This document shows, piece by piece, positions 20,047 through 28,750 of a stretch of DNA of 64,000 bases. The notes below the pieces were generated by a model that was not told the origin of the DNA, did no database searches, and saw only the letters and a program-made list of their open reading frames with translations. Each line of letters starts with the position of its first letter. Position 1 is the stretch's first letter. The DNA comes from Alphaproteobacteria bacterium (lineage in GTDB: Bacteria; Pseudomonadota; Alphaproteobacteria; JABAAW01): contig JABACB010000001.1 in NCBI GenBank assembly GCA_014237925.1, positions 101,459 through 165,458 of the forward strand, read 5' to 3'. Both the position numbers and the translations under genes were made by a program.

Positions 20047-21880
20047 TAACCCTTACCGCACGCAACGTTGCGACGCTCTGCGGTTGACCCAAACGGGCGC
20101 GAAGGTTCGACTGGCGGGCTGGATTGCACGCAAGCGCGACCACGGCAACCTTCTGTTCGTCGATTTGCGCGACCATTGGGGCGTCACCCAGTGCGTCTGG
20201 GAGCGACCCGATCCGACGGGAGGCTCCGATCCGACGGGAGGCTCTGATGCCAACCGCCAACGCCACGCCGAGCTTTTCGCCGAGATCGAAGGGCTGTCCC
20301 TAGAGAGCGTCGTCAGCCTTGCGGGTAGCGTGCGTGCGCGCTCGCCCGAGACCGTCAATCCGCGCAACCCGACAGGAGAGGTTGAGCTCGAAGTCGAGAA
20401 GTTAACCCTGCTCTCCCGTGCAGCCCCCCTGCCCATGCCTGTGCATCGTGATGCCGATTATCCCGAAGATCTTCGGCTGCAGTATCGTTTTCTCGATCTG
20501 CGTCGCGAGAGCATGCGTCGCAACATTCTGTTGCGTTCGCAAGTGATCGCCTCGCTACGCCGTCGCATGACGGAGGCGGACTTTGTCGAGTTCCAAACGC
20601 CGATTCTCACTGCGTCCTCGCCTGAGGGCGCGCGCGACTTTCTCGTCCCCTCGCGGCTCCATCCGCAGCAGTTCTACGCTCTGCCGCAAGCGCCGCAGCA
20701 GTTCAAGCAGTTGCTGATGATCGCGGGCTTCGAGCGCTATTTTCAGATCGCTCCCTGCTTTCGCGACGAGGACGCGCGTGCCGACCGCTCGCCCGGAGAG
20801 TTCTACCAGCTAGACTTTGAAATGGCGTTTGCAACCCAAGACGAGATCATGCAAACGATCGAACCCGTGCTGGCAGGCGTCTTCGAAGAGTTCGCCGAGG
20901 GCGCGCGCGTCACACCGACGCCTTTCCCTCGTCTGAGCTACGAGGAGGCGCTGCTGCGCTACGGCAGCGACAAGCCCGATCTGCGCAACCCGATAGAGAT
21001 CGTCGAGGTGGGAGACCTGTTCGCCAACTCTGATTTCGCTCTGTTCGCCAAGGCTGTCGCGGGCGGAGCGTGCGTGCGTGCCTTGCGCGCGCCCGCCGCC
21101 GCGCACCAGCCGCGCAGCTTCTTCGACAAGCTCAACGCATGGGCGCGCGAACAAGGACAAGGCGGCTTGGGATACATCGCCTATCCCACCCTCGACAACC
21201 CGCAAGGACCGATCGCTCGCAACATCTCGAAGGACTTGGCGCGAGGACTGCGGGAACGTTTGGCGGAAAAGCAGAACTTGGCAGACGGCGATGCGCTGTT
21301 CTTCGTCTGCGCCGAGAAGAAATCTGCCGCTCTGTTTGCCGGAAAGGTGCGCGAAAGGCTTGCCGACCTCTGCGGCTGCCGCGAAGAGAACAGGTTCGCC
21401 TTCTGCTGGATCGTGGACTTCCCCTTCTACGAACGCGACCCTGAGACGCAACGGATCGTCTTCAGCCACAATCCTTTCTCGATGCCGCAAGGGGGGCTGG
21501 ACGCTTTGGAGCGTTTGGATCCGCTATCGATCACAGCCAGCCAGTACGACATCGTTTGCAACGGAGTCGAGCTTTCGTCGGGAGCTCTGCGCAACTTTGA
21601 GCTGGCGACTCTGGAGCGCGCCTTTGCTATTGCGGGCTACACGAAGGAGGAGCTGGCGACTCGATTCCCAGGGATGCTTTCGGCATTGCGTTTCGGCGTA
21701 CCGCCGCACGGAGGGGCTGCGCCGGGCATCGAACGAATGGTGATGCTGCTCGCGCGCGAGAGCAACATCCGCGAGGTGACATGCTTTCCGCTCAATCAAA
21801 CGGGACAGGATAGCCTGATGGGCGCTCCCGCCGCCGTGTCGCCGCAACAGCTCAAGGACTTGGGGCTGCGGTTGGCTTGA
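20027..21880 (+). CDS. aspS: Aspartyl-tRNA synthetase
   Basis: [29 protein letters not shown] (OB fold), class II motifs ([30 protein letters not shown]-like, [16 protein letters not shown]). Contains a DPTGGS x2 duplication at 20210-20245. Confidence 0.96.
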   Translation: MSTSSPDNPYRTQRCDALRLTQTGAKVRLAGWIARKRDHGNLLFVDLRDHWGVTQCVWERPDPTGGSDPTGGSDANRQRHAELFAEIEGLSLESVVSLAGSVRARSPETVNPRNPTGEVELEVEKLTLLSRAAPLPMPVHRDADYPEDLRLQYRFLDLRRESMRRNILLRSQVIASLRRRMTEADFVEFQTPILTASSPEGARDFLVPSRLHPQQFYALPQAPQQFKQLLMIAGFERYFQIAPCFRDEDARADRSPGEFYQLDFEMAFATQDEIMQTIEPVLAGVFEEFAEGARVTPTPFPRLSYEEALLRYGSDKPDLRNPIEIVEVGDLFANSDFALFAKAVAGGACVRALRAPAAAHQPRSFFDKLNAWAREQGQGGLGYIAYPTLDNPQGPIARNISKDLARGLRERLAEKQNLADGDALFFVCAEKKSAALFAGKVRERLADLCGCREENRFAFCWIVDFPFYERDPETQRIVFSHNPFSMPQGGLDALERLDPLSITASQYDIVCNGVELSSGALRNFELATLERAFAIAGYTKEELATRFPGMLSALRFGVPPHGGAAPGIERMVMLLARESNIREVTCFPLNQTGQDSLMGAPAAVSPQQLKDLGLRLA

Positions 21881-21916
21881 GAGGGAGGGGCTTGATGATG
21901 ATGGGGGGAGAGGGGG

Positions 21917-24900
21917 CTATCGCAAGAATCGCTGCTGGTAGAGATCGAGGAAGCCGAGGTTGGTGTCCTCGCCTTCTTGCAGTCGTTCGAGCAATGTTGC
22001 AACGGAGACGGGCTGTCGGGGGTCGTTGAGCTGTGTGAGGAAGTTGAAGACTTCGAGCAGGGGGGAGCCCTCGATCGTTTCGCCGTAGTCGCGCGCGATT
22101 CCGTCGAGCGCGTTCGTCTCGTCGGCGAGGTAGAGGGAGGCGGCAAGGTAGAGGAGGAAGCTGGCTTTGCGTTGCGAGAGCTTGACCCCTTCTTGTCGCG
22201 GCGGCGGTCCGAGCAGTCGTTGCAAGGCGGAGGCGGCTTTTCCCCACTCGGCGTTGGTGCGGTGGATCAGGAAGCGTAGCAGGTCGGCAGATTCGGAGAT
22301 GTCGCCCGCCAGCAACTCGATCGCGTAGTCCTGCTGCCCCAGCGCGACGAGCGCACGCGCACGCAGCCTGCGCGCGTCGTCGCGGTACGGCGAGCCCTCG
22401 TTCGGGATGTTGCGGTTGAGAATGGACAAGGCTTCCTGCGCCTGTTCTGCCAAGAGTAGCAAGAGCCCTGTCTTGACGACGAGCCTGTCCTTGTCGCTAG
22501 AGGGGTCGCTAGAGGCGTTGTTTTCGACGAAGGCTTTTTTTGCGATGTCGGCGGCGATCTTGTAGAAGCTACCCTGACTGATGCGCCCGACCGCGCTTTC
22601 GCTCAACAACAATCCCAGCTCTCCGGGCGGGATCAGCTCCTTGAAGTCCTCGTGAAGAAGGTAGGCTTCGACGGGTGAAAGCGTCGCCGCCTCGCGCAAC
22701 AAGAAGAGATCTTGGAACAAATCGACCATCTGTTGCGAAAGCTCTGTCGTATCGGGCAGAAGAGGATGACGGGTGATCGCTTCGCGGTAGGCGCGCAGCT
22801 GCTGGTAGTAGAGCCCGTTGTATCCGTAGGTGTTGCCGAGCTCGCGGCGCACGCGAAAGGCGAGCGCATCGCCGCGCCATGCGTTGCTAAGGCGTTCGAG
22901 CTGTTCGAGAATCGCTTCGTTCGCCAGAAGCTCGTTCGTTCGAGCGAGAACGAGAGCATCGAGGGCGGCGCGTACTTGCCAGTAGCCGCGCTGCCGCGCG
23001 TTTTGCATGTCTTGCCAAATCGCCAAGGCACGGCGATCGTTGCCTCTCAATTGTGCCAACCAGCCGCGCAGGTATTCGAAGGCATGAAGGTCGGCGCGTC
23101 GGAGCTCTTGGAGCGGCAAGCGTTCGGCACGGCGTAGCCACGCGCCGGCAATCGAGCTGTCGTCGCTGTTCAGGGCGCTGAGAACTCTCCAGACGCTGAC
23201 AAAGGCTTTGATGCTAGGCGGGTAGAGGTCGTAGAAGTTGCCGGCTTGTGCAAAATAGCTTTCGGCTAGCGACCACTGTTGCTTTTGCGCCGCCGCCACA
23301 CCGCGCCAAAGGTAGGCTTCTTGAAGCCTGTCGAAGACGGGGGCACGCAGGAGCTCGATCGCTTCGTCCGTCCTCTCGGAGAGCAGCAGCGCGAGCGCAC
23401 GCATCAAACGCGGCGTCAAGTTGTTCGAAGGAAAGGATTGCTCGTACAGGTTCAGCAGCCCGATCGCTTCTTGTCCCAGTCCGTGGCTCAGATAGTATCC
23501 GGCGAGGGTCAGGTTGAAGCCGCGACGGCTTGCAGACTGGTCGCGCAGGTAGCGCGCGTTGAACTTTTTGCGCACAGAATCGTACGGAATGTCTCGGCGC
23601 TCCCAAAGGCTGAAGTTCAACACCGGCAGACGGAGAAGCTCGGTCGACGCACGTTCGGCAACCGCGCGGTCTACATCCAATGTCTCCAGCCTCAGCCCTT
23701 GAGGCGCCGTGACGGTGACATGTCCGTCCTTGGGTTGCACCAGCAGATCGCTTGCCAAAGGTACTAGGGCGATACCTTGTGCGCTCTCCAAAATCTGAAA
23801 TTCGGGATAGGCGCGCGCTCGCGCCATGCCGAGGCTGGGGGTCGGCACGGGAATGACATGGAAGATATCGCCGATCTCCGGATCTTCGATCAACGCGATC
23901 TTGCCGTAGCGGTTCAGAAGGAAGTTGAACTCGGCTTGCGCTTGGGCATCTTGAGTGATGGCGGTATCGATGGCGAAGTAGGGGGGGACGGGCTGGTCGT
24001 GGAACTCCAGCCACCATCCTAGTCCGACGCGTCTGAGCGCGGGGTAGAGAAGTTGCGTCGAGGAGAAGCGCAAGACCGTGAAGCCTTCCACCTCGAACTG
24101 CTCGATGTCGCCGAGCGCGTTTTGAGCATTTTGCGGGGCGTTTTGCGGAATGCTTTGCGGAATGTCTCGCGGAATATCTTGCGGAATGTCTTGCGGAATA
24201 TTTTGCGGAATATTTTGCGGAATGCTTTGCGTCTTTTGCTGAAGGTCGAAGGAGAAGGCTTTGTCGGCGACAAACCATATGTATCCCGCGCGTTGGAAGA
24301 AGGCGGTGGCGATGCCCTCAGGCAGGAGGAGTTGGAACTGATAGACGGGAATAGGTCTTGTGGCTGCAATCTGTGCGGGGCTAGGCTGCATCTCGCCGGG
24401 CGCAGCACCTGAGGGCGCGAAGATGCGCGGCGGCGGCAAAGGGGCTGTCGTCAGTCGCAACGCTGACGAGACGCCGATGATGTCGGGCAAGGGCGGCACT
24501 TCAATATCGATGACATGGAAGACATCCAACACGACCCGCGTTCCCGATACGAAGTGTCGATAGCGGTTGTCTTGGCGCAGAGGAATCGAAAACAACGCCC
24601 GATCGGCGAAACGTTGCGTGCGCGCGGGCGAGAAGATGCCGCGTTGTGCGAGTCCGAGCGTGCGTAAGTCGAGAGGGTTCGAGCGGTTGAAGGTTGCAAC
24701 GAGCCGTTGCCCTTGTTTCTCGATGAGGTAGTTCGTAGGCTTTTCGTAGTCGAAGATGAAACGCGTGTAGTCGCCGTGGCGCCCCGCGCGCACGCTGACG
24801 GCGGGCAGGCTGGGGGTTGCAGGAGCGTCCGTGGGCGTTGTTGCTGCGTCGCGTTGCGCAAGGCTGCCGTCGCGCGCGAAAAGATCGATCACAACGCGGT

Positions 24901-25714
24901 TGCCGTAGGCGAAATCGCGCATCGAGAGCTTGCGTTTGAGCGGAAAACGCACTTCGAGCCCGTCGCGCACGAAGACGGGTGCACCCAGCGATCGCGCGAT
25001 CGGTCTCAGGCGCGCCGCCGCGTTGGCGACGACGAAAGGTTTGTTGAACTCGACGACGAGAAGGTCGCGCTCTTCTCCGTCTTCTTCGCTTTTCGGCTCG
25101 GCGATGATGCGCGCGCGAAACAGCACATCGCTCGGCCAAGCGAAGGAGAGACGGTCGTAGCCCGCGCGGCGTTCGCCGTTCAAGGCGACGCGAAAAGGGG
25201 TTGCTTGTCGCTCGTCGCCTTCAGAGAAAGCCCTCTGCGGAATGTTGTCGGTGCGCTCGACATTGACGCTTTGTCCAGGAATCGCGTTCGTATCGGGGTC
25301 GCTTTGGAAATAGACAACGATGTTTTCCTTCGTGCGCCGCGTCGAGACGAGCACATTGGGTTTCAAGGCAAGGACGATGCGCCTTGTATCGAGCGCACGC
25401 AAGCTCACGATGTAGCGTGAAAGCTTCTGTTGTGCCGTCCCGAACTCGAAACGTCGCGCCGCTTGGCTGAAGGTGAGGCGAAGGTTCTGCTGCTCGTCGA
25501 TTTGGCTCGAGAAGCTCGGCACTTCCTGCCAGCGGAAAATGAGATAGCCCGCGTCGCGTGCAAGTCCGCTTTCCACTTCGACGACGCGTTGCGCGTGCGC
25601 CGCTTGGATGCTGCTCTGCCCCCAAGCCCCCAAGCAGAGGCAACACAAAAGCATCGCCGCGCGATCCCTGAGACAGGCGAGGCTTCGGCGCTTGGGCTCG
25701 TTGTTCGTCGTCAC
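21917..25714 (-). CDS. Giant (1265 aa) secreted protein: three N-terminal beta-rich AMIN-like repeats plus a long TPR/helical-repeat C-terminal half; last gene of the cheY operon
   Basis: Signal peptide (MLLCCLCLGAWGQSSIQAAHA). Repeated modules are seeded by GYLIFRW / GYDRLSFAW / GDYTRFIFDY. The C-terminal ~600 aa is helical-repeat-like (LAGYYLSHGLGQEAIGLL, EAYLWRGVAAAQ, ARALVALGQQDYAIELL). Its start overlaps the upstream gene by 4 nt. Confidence 0.55.
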   Translation of the reverse strand: MTTNNEPKRRSLACLRDRAAMLLCCLCLGAWGQSSIQAAHAQRVVEVESGLARDAGYLIFRWQEVPSFSSQIDEQQNLRLTFSQAARRFEFGTAQQKLSRYIVSLRALDTRRIVLALKPNVLVSTRRTKENIVVYFQSDPDTNAIPGQSVNVERTDNIPQRAFSEGDERQATPFRVALNGERRAGYDRLSFAWPSDVLFRARIIAEPKSEEDGEERDLLVVEFNKPFVVANAAARLRPIARSLGAPVFVRDGLEVRFPLKRKLSMRDFAYGNRVVIDLFARDGSLAQRDAATTPTDAPATPSLPAVSVRAGRHGDYTRFIFDYEKPTNYLIEKQGQRLVATFNRSNPLDLRTLGLAQRGIFSPARTQRFADRALFSIPLRQDNRYRHFVSGTRVVLDVFHVIDIEVPPLPDIIGVSSALRLTTAPLPPPRIFAPSGAAPGEMQPSPAQIAATRPIPVYQFQLLLPEGIATAFFQRAGYIWFVADKAFSFDLQQKTQSIPQNIPQNIPQDIPQDIPRDIPQSIPQNAPQNAQNALGDIEQFEVEGFTVLRFSSTQLLYPALRRVGLGWWLEFHDQPVPPYFAIDTAITQDAQAQAEFNFLLNRYGKIALIEDPEIGDIFHVIPVPTPSLGMARARAYPEFQILESAQGIALVPLASDLLVQPKDGHVTVTAPQGLRLETLDVDRAVAERASTELLRLPVLNFSLWERRDIPYDSVRKKFNARYLRDQSASRRGFNLTLAGYYLSHGLGQEAIGLLNLYEQSFPSNNLTPRLMRALALLLSERTDEAIELLRAPVFDRLQEAYLWRGVAAAQKQQWSLAESYFAQAGNFYDLYPPSIKAFVSVWRVLSALNSDDSSIAGAWLRRAERLPLQELRRADLHAFEYLRGWLAQLRGNDRRALAIWQDMQNARQRGYWQVRAALDALVLARTNELLANEAILEQLERLSNAWRGDALAFRVRRELGNTYGYNGLYYQQLRAYREAITRHPLLPDTTELSQQMVDLFQDLFLLREAATLSPVEAYLLHEDFKELIPPGELGLLLSESAVGRISQGSFYKIAADIAKKAFVENNASSDPSSDKDRLVVKTGLLLLLAEQAQEALSILNRNIPNEGSPYRDDARRLRARALVALGQQDYAIELLAGDISESADLLRFLIHRTNAEWGKAASALQRLLGPPPRQEGVKLSQRKASFLLYLAASLYLADETNALDGIARDYGETIEGSPLLEVFNFLTQLNDPRQPVSVATLLERLQEGEDTNLGFLDLYQQRFLR

Positions 25715-26490
25715 CTTTTCTCGTCGTAGATGACGATATCGACACGGCGCGCAAGCCTGTTGCGCACCTCCGGGCTGAGCGAGCGAGAGATGTTGCTATC
25801 GAAGGAGGTGCTGGAGCGTCCCATCGCCGTGATCGGCACCCGCACTCCGTTCGTCTGCAGGACGCGCAAAACCTCCAGCGCGCGCGCGAGCGAAAGGTGC
25901 CAGTTGCTAGGAAAGCGGCGCGGCGCATTGACGAAGTTGTCGGGGGTCGAATGACCGATCACCTCGATGCGGTTCGCCGTGTTCTTCAGAAGATCGGCGA
26001 GAGAGAAAAGAGTCATCTTCGCGTCCTCGTCGAGCCTGCTGTCGCCTTGTTCAAAAAAAACGCTTGATGGAAAACTCATCATCACCCACCCAGGACCCTG
26101 CGTAAGAAACGAACGCTGCATCATCGGATCGCTTTCGAACTGGCGCTCCAGAATGCGATGAAGGTATTGGGCAGAAAGAGAAAGCGGCGTTTTGCGCACA
26201 TCCGTACTGTAGATATAGTCCGATTTGCCGAAACGCAGATCCTTGCGTTCGCTGATAATGCGTTTCTCGATCCTGATCTCGTCGACATTCAGAAAAACGC
26301 TTTGCGCAAAAAGAAAAACGAAAAAGGTCAGCATCAAAGTGACCATGTCCGTCATGCTCAGAAGCCATTGCGTGTTCTTTCCACTTTCCTGTTCCTTCTC
26401 CTCCTCCTCCTCTACCAACTCCGATTCATCTTCTCCTTCGGCGAGGTCGTCGAAGGGATTGGCATCGAACGGGGAGGTGTTGGCGCTCAC
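25711..26490 (-). CDS. MotB-like protein (N-terminal TM with conserved Asp plus an OmpA-type peptidoglycan-binding domain)
   Basis: WLLSMTDMVTLMLTFFVFLF aligns with MotB (AYADFMTAMMAFF), including the Asp. The OmpA-like C-domain is FFEQGDSRLDEDAKMTLFSLADLL...IEVIGHSTPD...SNWHLSLARALEVLRVL. Confidence 0.7.
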   Translation of the reverse strand: MSANTSPFDANPFDDLAEGEDESELVEEEEEKEQESGKNTQWLLSMTDMVTLMLTFFVFLFAQSVFLNVDEIRIEKRIISERKDLRFGKSDYIYSTDVRKTPLSLSAQYLHRILERQFESDPMMQRSFLTQGPGWVMMSFPSSVFFEQGDSRLDEDAKMTLFSLADLLKNTANRIEVIGHSTPDNFVNAPRRFPSNWHLSLARALEVLRVLQTNGVRVPITAMGRSSTSFDSNISRSLSPEVRNRLARRVDIVIYDEKR

Positions 26491-27383
26491 GGTTGCGTTT
26501 GTTGCGACGGCGTTTGTTGCGACGGCGTTTGCTGCGACGGCGTTTGCTGCGACGGCGTTTGCTGCGACGGCGTTTGTTGCGACGGCGTTTGTTGCGACGG
26601 CGTTTGTTGCGACGGCGTTTGTTGCTGTCCTCCCGTTTCTACTTGCACTCCGTTATCAGGGGATGTTTCTGTCAAGGCTTCGGGGTGGTCTTCGATGTTG
26701 GGAAGGTAGAGGACATTGGGAAAGCTCTCCTCGCCGATTTGGAACTGGAAGACGGTTTCTCCTTTCAGGGTCGTGTCGAGCCCTGATTGTACGCGATCGG
26801 GACTGATCCCTTCTTGCAAGGCGAGTCTTCCGAGCTCGCCCGCGCGGCGCACGCTGAGGGGGGGGCTGAAGATATAGGTGTCGCGCGTGTCGTAGCCTGT
26901 CACGAAGGAGGTGTAGATGGGCTGCGCGCTGTTGGCGATCGTCGACGAGATGCGTTGCAGCAAGATCAGCATTTCGGGCTTGATCTCGGCGCTATCCGAT
27001 TGAAAGAGTGCCTTGTTGAGCACTCTCACTTCCAGCGATCCGTCGCGGTCGTTGCGTTTCGTGCGCGCCACATGGATTCCTGTGTCGACGAGCAGTTCGA
27101 TCTCTTCGAGGATGAAGTCTTTGGTGAACCCTGCGGAGCGTCGTTTCAAGGGGTTGAAAATCTCCTTGCTCTTGATGGTCGAAGGCGAGAACACTTTGGC
27201 GACCGAAGAGAGGGCTTGCTCGACGCGCTCTTCCACCACCTCGGAGAGGACGGTGAGCACGACAAAGAACGACAGGACGAGCAGGAAGAGGCTTAGGAAG
27301 GTGTAGGCGATGGCGAAATCGCTCTCCTCGTCGTTGCCCGAAGATTTTCCGGAGGCGCTGTGTTCTCGGTGGTGGCTGAGCAT
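26487..27383 (-). CDS. Divergent MotB/OmpA-like membrane protein (no Asp at the MotB proton-binding position in my alignment by eye), with a TPSQQ x8 tail
   Basis: N-terminal TM FAIAYTFLSLFLLVLSFFVVL. Degenerate OmpA-like segment LFQSDSAEIKPEMLILLQRIS...FVTGYDTRD...LSVRRAGELGRLAL. Has 4-nt overlaps with both neighbours. Confidence 0.45.
   Translation of the reverse strand: MLSHHREHSASGKSSGNDEESDFAIAYTFLSLFLLVLSFFVVLTVLSEVVEERVEQALSSVAKVFSPSTIKSKEIFNPLKRRSAGFTKDFILEEIELLVDTGIHVARTKRNDRDGSLEVRVLNKALFQSDSAEIKPEMLILLQRISSTIANSAQPIYTSFVTGYDTRDTYIFSPPLSVRRAGELGRLALQEGISPDRVQSGLDTTLKGETVFQFQIGEESFPNVLYLPNIEDHPEALTETSPDNGVQVETGGQQQTPSQQTPSQQTPSQQTPSQQTPSQQTPSQQTPSQQTPSQQTQP
26499..26618. repeat. 15-nt in-frame array (TPSQQ x8) at the 3' end of the MotB-like gene
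   Basis: cgacggcgtttg(t/c)tg units were read in the DNA. Coordinates come from the protein. Confidence 0.9.
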
Positions 27384-27420
27384 GGCGTCAAGGGGCTGCG
27401 GTCGTTTTCAAGGGCTGCGC

Positions 27421-28047
27421 TCAGGCGTCGAAGATGTTGTCGATTTCCGCTTGTTTGTCCTTGACGATGATGTTTTGCGGACCGCTGAGCGTCTTCTTGC
27501 CGGAGGTCTTTTCTTTCGTGCGCCGTGCGGCGATCTCCTTGTAGCGACGCTGGGCGTTCTTGTCGCCCATCGCTGATAGGATGCCATCGACGGCGAATTC
27601 GATCGCTTCCACCGAATCGACGATGCGCGTCATCTGCTGTCCGGTCAGGTCTTGGAAGGCGCACGCCTGTACGATCAAGGTGAGCTCTTTGCGGATGAGT
27701 TGTTCCATCTTTTCGTCCAGCATGCCGAGCAATCCTTGAATGTTTTCGGTCGCGTTCATGATCGCGTGCGTCGCCGATTCTGCCGTCGAGCGGATCGAAC
27801 TGAGGTTTTGTACGATCGTAGGCAAGTGTTTCTCGCTGATGTCGCGGGGTTGCTCGGCTGTCATGGCGGCGGCGAGGTCTTCGTTGTGCCCTTCCTGCTG
27901 CTCGCGCAGGCTTTTCAGCGTGTGTCCTCCGTATTGTCCGGGGAGGTCGCTCTCCAAGATGTCTTTCAGAACGGATTCGATCAGAGAGCGTTGCTCCTTC
28001 TCCAAGCCTGGAGGGGGAGCCATGCCGCTGGGGAGTTTCTTGGTCAT
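27421..28047 (-). CDS. cheZ: CheZ-family CheY-P phosphatase
   Basis: Active-site helix ACAFQDLTGQQMTRIV (compare the E. coli QDLTGQ with its catalytic Gln). The C-terminal amphipathic peptide AEIDNIFDA resembles the CheY-binding tail. The start abuts the cheY stop. Confidence 0.75.
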   Translation of the reverse strand: MTKKLPSGMAPPPGLEKEQRSLIESVLKDILESDLPGQYGGHTLKSLREQQEGHNEDLAAAMTAEQPRDISEKHLPTIVQNLSSIRSTAESATHAIMNATENIQGLLGMLDEKMEQLIRKELTLIVQACAFQDLTGQQMTRIVDSVEAIEFAVDGILSAMGDKNAQRRYKEIAARRTKEKTSGKKTLSGPQNIIVKDKQAEIDNIFDA

Positions 28048-28425
28048 CTAGCCCAACACGCTGCCGAGCTTCGAGCGCAGCGTGTCCGCGCTGAAAGGCT
28101 TGACGATGTAGTTGGTGACGCCCGCCTCCTTCGCGGCTTGGACGCTCGATTGCTTGCTTTCCGCGGTCACCATGATGAACGGAACATGAGTGTTCGCCGT
28201 ACTGCCGGAGCGAACGGCTTTCAGGAAATCCAATCCGTTCATGGGCTCCATGTTCCAATCCGAGATCACAAGTCCGTAGCGCTTCGAGGACATGCGCTCC
28301 AAGGCTTCGCTACCGTCGCCTGCGTCGTCGACATCGTCGAACCCCAGCTGCGCCAAAAGGTTGCGGATGATCCGCACCATCGTCCTGTAGTCGTCTACGA
28401 CGAGAATCGGAGTCTTCGTGTCCAT
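28048..28425 (-). CDS. cheY: Single-domain response regulator CheY
   Basis: ILVVDD, LVISDWNMPxMxG (ISDWNMEPMNG), MVTAE, and KPF at the end. The start was chosen at MDTKTPILVVDD, because the track ORF's 27-aa SL-rich extension comes from an upstream repeat. Confidence 0.92.
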   Translation of the reverse strand: MDTKTPILVVDDYRTMVRIIRNLLAQLGFDDVDDAGDGSEALERMSSKRYGLVISDWNMEPMNGLDFLKAVRSGSTANTHVPFIMVTAESKQSSVQAAKEAGVTNYIVKPFSADTLRSKLGSVLG

Positions 28426-28430
28426 GAATA

Positions 28431-28601
28431 AAGAGGATAAGGACAAAGAGGATAAGGACAAGGAGGATAAGGACGAAGAGGATAAGGACAAAGAGAACAA
28501 AAACAAGGCGGCACTAGCGTAAGGAACACTTCGTTTCTATCCGCTTCGTTTCTATTCGTTTCGTTTCTATCCGCTTCGTTTCTATCCGCTTCGTTTCTAT
28601 C
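28431..28601. repeat. Two 15-nt arrays in the cheY leader/promoter region: aagaggataaggaca x4.3 (28431-28495) and cttcgtttctatccg x5 (28529-28601)
   Basis: Read directly in the sequence, immediately upstream (minus-strand sense) of the cheY start. Confidence 0.9.
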
Positions 28602-28750
28602 AAGGTTGCTTCTCTCCCGATTCACCGAGCCCCCAACATACCATATTCTGTCATTCGTGTCATCCTCTTTTGTCAAGCGACTCTTGTCAAGGGGGTTTTT
28701 GGAGGGAGATAAGCAGAGGGAGCCAAGTAGAGAGAGATAAGCAGAGGGAG

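Noticed and set aside
28395-28676. Repeat-encoded ORFs such as 28395-28676(-), 8230-8421(-), 5284-6006(-), 26225-26806(+) and 2686-2920(+), which have striking periodic peptides.
   Set aside because: They are translations of tandem arrays in non-coding frames, or lie opposite real genes. They have no start context or partner domains.
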